DNA from: Proteromonas lacertae
Lineage: Eukaryota
DNA: 64,000 nucleotides
Direction of reading: 5' to 3'
NCBI GenBank assembly: GCA_002245135.1
Contig: NGBS01001165.1
Coordinates: 62,001-126,000 of the forward strand
The position numbers and the translations under genes were made by a program. Below the pieces are notes generated by a model. That model did not search any database and was not told the DNA's origin. It was given only the letters and a program-made list of their open reading frames with translations. Every line of letters begins with the position of its first letter. Positions within the stretch are counted from its first letter, which is position 1. Shown here one piece after another: positions 53,178 through 64,000 of this stretch.

Positions 53178-54936
53178 TTAATAGCCAATTAATTTCAAAA
53201 TATCATCTTCATTCCAACTATTACATAAAAACCTATCAATTCCATTCAATCGTAAGTTTTGTTTTACAACATCAGGTAATTCACGATTCTTCATATAACA
53301 ATACACAGGAATCTTTATCTCTTCTTCAAATTGAATTACGATGTTTATATAATCATTATAATAACTTCCTTCTTCACAGCTATAGAATATTCCACTAATA
53401 AAATAGCAAGAAGATATCACTGGAATTTCACTGAATTGATTTACTTGGTGTACAATTATTCCAAACGTTGATAAACAATCAGCTAATTTATCACTATATG
53501 TTTTATCTTTCTCTACAATTATAAAGTGTTTTTTAGCCAATCTTTTGATTATTTTATATGGCTGAGGTATTCTATTTCTAGGAATTGGAGTATTATTATT
53601 ATTATTATGAGTATTATCACTTGATATTGTTGATTCACTACTACTTCCATTCTTATCTGTATTTATATTGATTAATATTGATTTTCTTTTTGATTTTACT
53701 TTATTATTATTTGATGATAATGGAGTTATTTGATTCTGTTTATTGTTATTGTGTATTGATAATCCTGTAGAAGATGATGAAGAAGATGATGATGATTCAT
53801 CAGCTAAATCGCTATTATTATTACTACTTCCGCTATTACTGTTTTCAATTTCATTTTCAGTTTTATTGATTGATATTTTAGACATTCTTTTAGTATTATT
53901 ATTATTATTATGTTTTAATTGTGATAATGTATTGTATAAATTATTATAATTTTGAGTATTATCAATCAACAAAGATGGATCGTTATAGGAATACATTGCA
54001 TTATTATTTGAAAGATAAGAGGATGGAAATTCGGGTGAGAAATTTAATATATTCTTTTGTGCATTTAAACTCATATAATAATTTTCATTATTCTTTATTG
54101 ATGGTAATGTATAGTCTAATGTAGAGAGTGGAATTGGAGTAATTGTGACTGGCTGTGATATTGAATATAATGATGGATCAATTGCATTATTATTATTGAT
54201 GTAATTAGATGAATATAAATCAGATTGTAATGAGGGTGGTATTGATGATGATAGCGGTAGAAATTGTTGAGGTAATGGTTGCGGCTGAGGAATTGTATTT
54301 GGTTGATAATTGATTGGATATTGTTGTAAAGGATATGGAGGAGGAATATTTGGTATTTGATTATTTGGATCTGTATAAGGCTTTTGTTGCTGTTGTTGTT
54401 GATATAACAGTTGTTGTTGTTGGTATATTTTCACCATTCATATTCTTATATTCTAATAAATCTGAATCTAATTGTTTGGATGGAAGTAAATTCTTTACAT
54501 CAGTTGGTTTATCTTCATTCTCTTTTGAATATGTAATGTGATTTGGAAATAGTATTTCACTTCTATCTATTTCAGCATCTAATAATCTGTCAATTTTTTT
54601 TTTCTTTATTTCAGATCGATAATCTCGAAATTGATTTATTGATATTAAATTTGTTTTGGGGTATGGAATGTGGGATTTTGGCTTTCCTACTTCAGATTCT
54701 GGAGATGAGTCTAAATAGTCATATTCACTCGTATTAGGAGTATCAATTGATCTTATTTTGTACTGCTGGTTATACATAGATGGAACTCGAGCGTTTAACT
54801 TTATCATAGGAGAAGTAGCTGTTAATGGTTTTGGCTTCTCATTCTATTAAATGAATCAATATAAAAATACTAATGGAGTCTGTAAATTAGCTTCATAGTC
54901 CTTCAAATACTCATCTAGTTGTTCTATACAATTCAT
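53178..54936 (-). CDS. Q/P/N/S-rich protein with a C-terminal degenerate response-regulator receiver domain; 1 intron, +1 break at ~54430
   Basis: Starts MNCIEQLDEYLKDYE. The C-terminus HFIIVEKDKTYSDKLADCLSTFGIIV...GIFYS...KIPVYCY...NGIDRFLCNSWNEDDILKLI follows the REC (beta-alpha)5 pattern. Confidence 0.6.
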
Positions 54937-55030
54937 AAATTTAAAATATGTTTGAAATTAGGCTTGTGAAAAGTATTTTGCTCAAATCAAGTTTTTAAAT
55001 CCATTTTAGTTTTTCTTTTTATTTGCTTTA

Positions 55031-56255
55031 ATGTCAAACACAGCAGAGCAAGAACAAGCAGGTGAAGTTGATTCAGTACTAAATATGGTCAAGAAGGAGT
55101 TTACTGATTTTAAAGAAAAAATAAAGGGAGATGATCCAGCAAGTATAATCTAGTTTATTTCTAACCAAATTAATATAGTGATGGCCTTTGTTAATATTAG
55201 TAAAAGCAAAGTATTGCAAGACGCCAGAATGTTTAACAATGCTGCCGAAGTTATGAAAGATCCAAAGAAATGTGTGAATTTGTTAGAACAATTGCTTTAT
55301 TTAGTAACTGTAAAAGGCGAAGAACTCACACCAACCGAAGCTTCTGATGTTTTCTTCGGTGTTACTAAATTATTTCAATGTGACAATGTATAAGAGAATT
55401 TTATATATTTTAGAAAGGTTTAAGAAGAATGGTTTATCAATTCATCAAAGAAATTGTAGATGCTACCTCAGCAGAAGAAGTATTGACAATTAATATCATA
55501 ATTTTACATAGGTAATTATTGTAGTTAGTTGTTTAACAAAGGATATGAATTCAGAAGAGGATTTATACAGAGGAAATTCCATCAGAGTCTTAGCAAAAGT
55601 CTTAGTAGAGGTAAATATATATATTTTTATATATATAATATATATATAGCCTGGTTATATATCTCAAATTAACCGTTATATCCAACAAGCAGTAGTTCAC
55701 AAGAACAGTTTAGTTTCCAGTAGTGCAATATTAGCAGGTTTACAGTTTATGGAGAGAGTACCAGATGTAGTTAGAAGATGGGTTGGTGAGACTCAAGAAG
55801 CATTAAACAGTCAATATGATATGGTGCAATATCATGCATTGTTATTATTATATGAAATAAGAAAGAATGATATTGTAGGATTAACAAAGGTATATTTTCA
55901 CTATTTATATTCTTCTAATTGTTTTTTGTTATTAATACATTGTATAGATTGTCAATCAATTAATTCGTAATGAACCACACTCACCACTTGCAATGTGTGT
56001 ATTAATCAGGTTCGCAAAGATAGTAATCTTAGGTGATTCTCAAACCTCAGTCAAGCAAGATTTCGTTAACTTTTTAGATAGATGTTTACATCATAGAGTT
56101 GAGATGGTTGTATTTGAATCAGCAAGAGCTTTGTGTGAAATATCCAATGAAATTGAGATAGATATTACTGGACCAATTCAAGCATTACAGATGTTCTTAT
56201 CACATTTGAAATCTGGTTATAGATTTGCAGCTGTAAGAACATTAGCAGATGTATA

Positions 56256-56302
<47 letters not shown>

Positions 56303-58112
56303 TAGTTGGCTATTAAAAAACCAGTTCAAGTTTCCAAATGTAATTCCGAATTAGAATCATTGATCAGAGATCCCAATAAGAATATAGGTACATTAGCCAT
56401 CACAGCATTATTGAAAACTGGTAATGAAGGTTCTGTTGAAAGATTAGTTGAACAAATCGAATCATTCTCCAGTGGAATGGGTGATGAAATGAAAGTGCCA
56501 ATTGTTGAAGCTGTACATGCATTATCTATCAAATATCCTAATAAATATCAAGTACTATTGAGTTATTTATCCAACTCATTAAGAGATCCTGGTGGTTATG
56601 AATATAAAAGAGCAATTGTAAATGCAATGATGGATATAATGAAAACAATACCTGAAGCTAAAGAAAGCTGTTTATCTGCATTCTGTGAATTCATTGAAGA
56701 CTGTGAATTTACAAAATTAGGAACTGAAATATTACATGTGATTGGTGAAGAAGGAACAAAATCCAAATTTGCTTATAATTATATCCGTTACATTTATAAC
56801 CGTTTAATTTTAGAAAATCCAACAATTAGAGCATCTGCTGTTAGTACTTTAGGTAAATTCGCTACAAAGATTCCAACATTAAGACCATCCATACTAGAAT
56901 TATTAAAACGAAGTAGTTTAGATTCAAATGAAGAAGTAAGAGATAGAGCAACATTCTATGTAGAATTAATCGAAAAAGAATCTCCCAACATGAACTTAAT
57001 CACTGAACCATGTATTAACAATGTTGATGAATTAAGAAGATCATTGGAAATGTATAAAGCTAGACCAAGTGAAGGTCCAGTCTCCTTCAGTACATTACCA
57101 AGACCACCAGCTATTAGTCCAACTGCAAGTAGCAGTATTGAATTAGCTGGTAGTAAGCCAAAGGCAAGAATTGCTATTAAACCAAAAGATAAGAAACAAC
57201 AAGAGGAAGATAAAGTTACTAAATTATATAAAGTATATTATTATTTTTTATATATGTATTATAGATACCTGAATTTAAATCATTTGGTCCAGTTATTACT
57301 TCAAGTGCAGTTAGTGAATTAACAGAAAGTGAAACTGAGTGGTATGTTACTGTAATTAAATATATATTTAAAGAACATATTGTTTTTGAAGTATATATAT
57401 AATATATTTTATTATTAATTAATAGTTTACAATAAAGAATACACTAGAAGATGAAGCATTAGATCATGTAACAATCAATATGGAAGTATCAGAAGGAGAT
57501 GAAGATTATGAAATCGTATGTGTAAAACCAAGTGGTATTATCAAAAATGATGCTCCAGGTATGTGTTATGTAGCAATGAAATATGCAGAAGGTGAAGCAG
57601 GTCCATATCCAAATACAATATTCACTAATGAAATGAAGATGAAGATTAAAGGAGTAGATGCTACAACAGGAGATGTGGATGAAGATGGTGAAGAAGATAC
57701 TTATGAAATTGATGATGTTGCAGTAACACCAGCAGATTTCATTATTCCAATAGAAATCAATGAATATAAAGCCAAATGGGATACTATATCTAATGAAAAG
57801 ATTGATCAATTTGCTTTGACTCAAAAGACTGTTCAAGAAGCAGTTACTAGTTTAATATCAATATTGAATATGAAACCTTGTATGAATACTGGAAATATTA
57901 AACCAGGAGTATATATATATTATAATAATAATAATTATTATTTATAGAGTAATTTACATCAATTATTACTAGCTGGTGAGACTGTGAATAAACAATTGAT
58001 ATTAGCAAGATGTCAGATATCTTTAACAGTTGAACATGGTTGTGTATTGAAGATATTCATAAGATCAGATGAAGAACAGTTGTGTGATATGATATTAGGT
58101 TGTATTGAGTAG
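55031..58112 (+). CDS. COPG: Coatomer subunit gamma; about 9 introns
   Basis: VLQDARMFN, VFFGVTKLFQ, LTKDMNS, RFAAVRTL, LCEFIEDCEF-like FCEFIEDCEF, YIRYIYNRLILEN, EVRDRA and an appendage with ETEWYVTVIK. The stop is TAG at 58110-58112. Confidence 0.96.
56257..56303 (+). repeat. (ATT)n microsatellite inside a COPG intron
   Basis: About 15 tandem ATT units lie within intron 56251-56305. Confidence 0.9.
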
Positions 58113-58335
58113 TTATTTGATATTATTATTATTTTATTATTTTAATTATTACATTATTATTATATATAGATATTACTAATTTTTTATTGAATTTTCTTTA
58201 TTATTTTTGTTTTTTAATATAATGTTTAATTCATTTACTTTATTTTCTTACCTTTATATTAATTCTATAATTTAAAATTATTATCGTTTCAGATTAATGT
58301 ATAGTTATCATATTTTTGAGAAAGAAATAAGGAAT

Positions 58336-61300
58336 ATGTTCTATTTTTGTATAAAATGATATGCACTATTAATAGTGATGTGGATTGTATATGCATGTGC
58401 TGAAAATGAGTTTGGTTATTCAAATCAAAATCCTAATTATGTTGTTGGTAAAACAATAATATCAAATACCCCAAATATCAGATCCAATGGAGGTGTATTT
58501 ACGATTAAACCTGCTTTAAGTAAAGGCCTATTACTTGATTCAACAAATGGTAGAATTACAGGTACTCCTGAAGAAGAAAATCTTGAAACATATAATATAA
58601 CGCTAACAAAAACGGATGGCATCATATTGAGCACTATATTAGTAATAAAGAGTATAGATTTCATAATTAATAATAGTTTGGGATGTTCCTGCAACCTTAT
58701 CCTGTGGAGTAAGTGAAATGAATCTAATTGACAATTTAACAGATTCATTTGAATGTAAATGTGATAGAAAAGTAGAAAATTGGTCAGTATCTTTTCAACC
58801 ATTAGGAAGTTACAATATCACCCTTTCAAATGATGGAATATTATCATTCAATAACTATTCTCCAATCGATAGATTAATGTATTTTATAGAATGTTATAAT
58901 ATATAAATAGAATAACAATCAAAGCCAAAAATCCAACAAATGAAAGTGGAATTACAACAGATATAATAATATCCAAAATTCCATATGAATATAAAACAGG
59001 ATTGAATATTGAAATAGATGGTGTGAATGAATTTAGTTGTGGTTATGATAAAATCAGTAAAGTTTATAACAATTTAAATGCAATAATAGATAATATAAAT
59101 TGGTTAGATGGTGATAATACTTACATTATTTGGGATGAAAAATTGAATTATTATTTATCAATAAATCACATTGAATATTGGAATTTCACCATAAAAGGAC
59201 TGATATATGTGGAAAATGAAGGTGAATATACATTTGTGAGTGATTCTGATTATTCATTTTATAAAGTGTATATTGATGAAGTAAATGTATTTAACTCCAC
59301 CAAATTCAATTATACAAAAGACAGTAATGATTATTATGGATTTTGTAGTTTATGGGAATATTCTGAATCATCAAATAAAGTTATGTTAACATCAGGTTAT
59401 CATGATTTTGAGATGAGAGGATATTATAGTAAAAAACAAATAGAATGTTATTTTGATGATAATGATAATAATGAAAAATGTTCAGATAAATTTCATTCCT
59501 CCAGTTATAGATTGAAAATGAAATGGATAAAGCCAAATAGTAATAAAGAAGAATCAATTCCATTTTATCAATCTAAAACCTCCTATAAACCAGTGTCTGA
59601 TTTAAGATTTGATAGTGATTATTACAGTGTTTCAATGAATAGTTATTTTGAAATTCCATTCAAATTTGGAAGAGGAAAAGGAAGTGAATGTTTTGGAGTA
59701 GATCCATTGTCTATTGATTTAGATAAAAATATACTGAATGGTAAAATCAAATCCAAAATGTCAATAAAAATGTATTGTAAGACAAGTACATCAACAACTA
59801 ATACAGTTACAATAACTATTGATATAGCCAATAAATATATGAAAGGGATAGTTGGTTATTATTTAAAAACTAACAATTTCAATCATTTAAATCTGGATCC
59901 ATACACTCCATCTTCAAATAATGTGAAAATTGAAATGATCAGATTAGAAGAAGGAATAGATCATCCATATGAAAGTGATAATAGTATATGGGATGGTTTA
60001 ACACCCAATTTGAAGAGTGAATTTGGTATTTATTGGGAAGGTTATTTCAAGATAGATGTTGATGATATTTATTTCTTCAATTTAACATCTGTATATGGAT
60101 CTTGGTTATTTATTGATAATAATGAAGTAATAAACCATGGTGGAAATCATGAATGGAATTGGAAAAGTAAATCAGTTGAATTAAATACAGGTTATCATTT
60201 GATTCGAGTGAATTACATGAAATATCTTAATGAAAATGGAATAGAATTATATGTGAAGAAAGGAGTGGATGGTGTATATAAAGAATTGAATGATTATTTA
60301 TACTATATACCAAGAGATGATTTTGAGTATAGTAATAGTTATGTGGTATTTGTAAAAGATAAGCAAATAGATGATATATATCCAACTATCCAAATGAATG
60401 GTTTAATAAGTGAATGTAAATCATATCCAACCTTACCAAGTGGATTAGAATTAAGTGATTTATGTTCTATACATGGAATTCCCAAAATAGAATCTGAAAA
60501 GAAATCTTATACAATAAGTGGTAAATTGAATAATGGTAGTATAGTAACCAGCATAATGCAAATGAGTATAGTTAATGAAATAACCCCTCAAGGTATTCAT
60601 TTAATAGATTTAGATAATATTGGTTTAGTTTATTATGATTGGTTGAATTTGACATTAGGAGAAGAAAGACATTTTTCAATTGAAGTAGATAATGGAATAG
60701 TGTTGAATTATGAGATAGAAACAAAAATATATAATTATACAATGAATGAGAAGACTAATAAATTAACAATTGCTGCAAGAGTTCCATTAAATATTTATGA
60801 GATTATAATAAAAGCATATTATAATGAGAGTAAAGTTCCAATTACAAAAACTCTGTTAGTGAACGTGATAAGTGAATGTATAAAAAATGAAAAGTTGATA
60901 TTCTTCAGATTAGATACACAATATGAAGGAAGGGAAGGTTATATAATTTATAGATTCTTAAACTTAGATAAATCACCAATAATTGATGAAATAAAGCTTC
61001 AAGCAACATATGATACAGTATATTCTCCCACAATATGTTTAATTCCAAGAAATTACATAATAGAAATTTATAGCTATTTAAGGAATGTTATTTATCATGA
61101 TCAACAAATTTCATTTTATACAGATGGAATATTTATTGATAATATTAAATTGACTACTGCTAATCTTCAAATCTTTAGTATTAATACTGAAATCAAAGGA
61201 CCTTTTTTAGAGTATGACAATAATCTATATGAATATTATTTATTTGACAATGTTTCTATCATTCCATCAACAAAATCTGTAAATAATTGTGAAATATCGC

Positions 61301-64000
61301 CAAAATTGCCATCTTTTCTCATTTTCAATACTTCAACATGTGTAATAACAGGAAAAGTAACTGAATCATTGCCCAGAAGCACAATATGCTGTGAAAGCTA
61401 TCGGATCAAATGGAATAACAACCAAATATCTGAATATTACATTACATGATGATAATTTATTTAATTATTGTTTCAAATTACAAAAATCAGTTGTAACAAT
61501 TAGAATCAATACTGAAGAAAGTACATTTAATCCATATTCTTGGATATACAAATTGTATAAGAGTAATAATAAAAGTGAATATTATACTGATGTTTTAATT
61601 AATCTAAATGGAGATAAAGAAGGATGGTTAAAAGATAACATTTATGATTATAATTATTGTATTGATGAAGATGTTTATACATCTATTTATTATTGTAGTA
61701 ATGAATATGGATATGAAAATAGTTATATTGATGTATTAGTAAATAACATTCCTGTGACAAGAAGATCACTTATGAAAGACGAAAAAGAAGGAGTTGATTA
61801 TTTCAATGCAATATCTGATTATAATTATAATACGGAATGGGAATATTCAAATGAATATGAAGATGGTTGGGATGTTATTGATAAAGCAAGTGGATTATGG
61901 AAAGATTTAAGGTTGAGTGAAATAGAAGGAAAAATAAGTGGAAATGTAGTTTATATCCGAAAGATAGATTCATTCACTGATTTAGACAAATATAATGCAT
62001 TTTCGTTTAAAGTGAGTTATATTAGTGGAATAATAATACAAATAAATGGAAAAGAGATATTTCGACATAATTTGCCTGATGGTGATATAACTCCAGATAC
62101 AATGGCAAATAATATGTTTGATGTAATGGACAGATGAAGTGTTTATATTACCATTGTCATTTTTAGAAGAAGAAATAGGTAATAATAACAATCGAATTAC
62201 ATAAACATGAAAAAGAGACTAAATTCCCTGAAATCAAAACATATTTATTGAGAATAATTGGAAGTGAAAAAGATTGTTTGATATTAAACAAATACACAAA
62301 TCCAGTAACTGAAACTAATACTATAGACTATTCACCTATAACTAAAATAAAATTCGGTTTTGATGAAAATCCAAATTCACAATGGAATACAGAATTATCA
62401 ATGTCAGGATGGCTAATAATGAGATTTCAAGATCATTTCCATTCTCATTTTAATCAATTCAGTATTGATGTAGTAGAAAGTCATCAAGGTAATCCTGAAA
62501 ACTTTTCACTAGAAGGATATAGTCAAGAATATAGTAATTGGAGTAATATTGGCGAATATGAAGGTATTTACTTTTCAGAAATCAAAAGAAGAGTATTTTC
62601 AAACTATAAATTATGCAATATATATTGTGCAATTCGAATGAATACAACAAAGTTATATAGTTATAGTTATCTACTAAAAGTGTATGATATTAATTTCAAT
62701 TTATGTCCTTTAAGATATTGTGAAGCAATAGATAATATTTCACTTCCTAAAACTTTAAGTGGGAGTGAAATAACACTTCCATGCAATAATCACACTTTAG
62801 AAGGAGAAAGAACATTCTATTGTAGAAATGATAAGAAATGGATAGAATTATTTTCAACATGTGAAGAAACACCATCACTTATTTATCAAGAAAAGGAATA
62901 CACCTTTATAGTTGGAGAATACTATAAAGATATCAGTTTATTTAGTGTATCAGGAAAAGATGTTCATTATTCAATGCCTCCCGAAATTGAAGGATTGAAA
63001 TTGAATAGTAGAACAGGATTAATATCAGGTAAACCAAATAAAGAACAGGATCAGCAGACAATAGAGTTCAAATTTTGGAGTGATTATTTTATAGGTACAA
63101 AAACAATTGAAATAAAAATAACTGTATTACCATCAGATAGACTTGTGTTATTATGGAAAAATGAAACAGCTGAATTGGAAATAGGTTATGAATATAAAGA
63201 TTTAAGATTATTTGATGTATCTGGAAGAAATATAACCTATTCAATTGATAAACTACCAAATGGTTTAGTAATGAATAAAGCAACAGGTTTAATAAGTGGA
63301 GTAAACTTGAGAGAATTGCCAGTTGAATGTAAAATAACTGCAAAGAATCAATATGAAATAGGATTTGATGTAACAATTAAAATGAATCAACCAAAATATC
63401 CAATAATTATTAAATATGAAGAAGAAGTAATTTTAACATTTGGAATGAAATATGAGTCTATACAACCATATGAATGTAGTGGAAAATCATTATCATATTC
63501 AGTTGAACCAGTATTACCAGATGGCTTAAGAATAAATAAAAATAGCGGTATAATAAGAGGAATAGTAAATGTTGAACCACCATTAGATATTACTCATACA
63601 TTCATTTGTTATAATGATTATAGAAATATATCAAAATTAATCACATTTCATTATCATTATTCAATAGAACCTATAATAATCTCACATATTGATAATTTGA
63701 CATTAGAAGGTGGTAAAGAATATGATAATATTACCTTAGGAATAATAACAGGAAGAAATTTGTTATACAAAATTACTCCAGATTTCCCACCTTCATCAAG
63801 ATTGAAACTGAATAGTTCAAATGGAATAATTAGTGGTTATATTACTCGAGAATTTAAACCAATGAGTTTAACAGTAATAATAAGTGGTAGAGGAAAACAA
63901 GTGTTATTTTCATTCACTTTATTCTCATCAATAGCTGATAGTCCAATAATAGTTCCATCTACAAGAGTGTCAAGAATGAAATATACATTTGGAGATATAA
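58336..64000 (+). CDS. Large secreted/surface protein with He_PIG (putative Ig), two PA14 and a discoidin-like domain; runs off the window; frame breaks at ~61378, ~62128 and ~62178
   Basis: Spliced signal MFYFL|MWIVYACA. He_PIG motifs include GLLLDSTNGRITGTP, GLKLNSRTGLISGKP and LPNGLVMNKATGLISG. PA14 motifs include GEYTFVSDSD..LTSGYHDF and WEGYF..GSWLFID..LNTGYHLIRV. The frame is open from ~62180 to the window end. Confidence 0.8.

Noticed and set aside
54378..54410. GTT-donor intron (19 or 28 nt) to repair the ~54430 break
   Set aside because: The donor and CAA-rich composition differ from all other introns here, and it removes plausible poly-Q coding sequence. It is not fully excluded.
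58357..58380. Apparent frameshift at the start of the He_PIG gene
   Set aside because: It is resolved by a 27-nt intron (58349-58375) from the ATG at 58336.
1..64000. Alternative genetic code (stop reassignment)
   Set aside because: TAA, TAG and TGA all end reconstructed genes, and 6,861 codons run with no in-frame stop. The apparent internal stops are explained by introns or frame breaks.
1..64000. Stop codons created by polyadenylation, as known in Blastocystis
   Set aside because: Every complete gene model here reaches a genomically encoded stop.
1..64000. tRNA, rRNA or intact mobile elements
   Set aside because: I saw no cloverleaf, rRNA-like segment, terminal repeats or intact transposase/RT ORF by eye.

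Overview
This is AT-rich, gene-dense eukaryotic DNA read with the standard code (TAA, TAG and TGA all end genes). Very short GTA...(T/C)AG introns of about 23-60 nt split most genes into several pieces in the ORF track. A mastigoneme-family gene, a He_PIG/PA14 surface protein, the tiny introns and a TGTTTGTT 3' motif suggest a stramenopile, most like Blastocystis or Opalinata (inference). I rebuilt about 19 genes by hand. They are a mitochondrial helical-repeat protein, an atypical kinase, a Roadblock-like protein missing from the ORF track, a cNMP-binding protein, a mastigoneme-like EGF protein, a hypothetical protein, PFKFB, GT92, a pseudokinase-LRR, three tandem multipass membrane paralogs, RRP5, a ~7,240-aa Cys-rich receptor-like protein, kinesin-1, a LOA1-like acyltransferase, a pseudo-receiver protein, gamma-COP and a partial He_PIG/PA14 protein. 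Notable points: about 10 single-base frame breaks in otherwise intact genes (assembly error versus recoding is unresolved), a ~21.6-kb exon, and a possible decayed rve-integrase relic with a 24-bp palindrome in the one long intergenic gap. All family calls come from motif recognition by eye; no searches were run.
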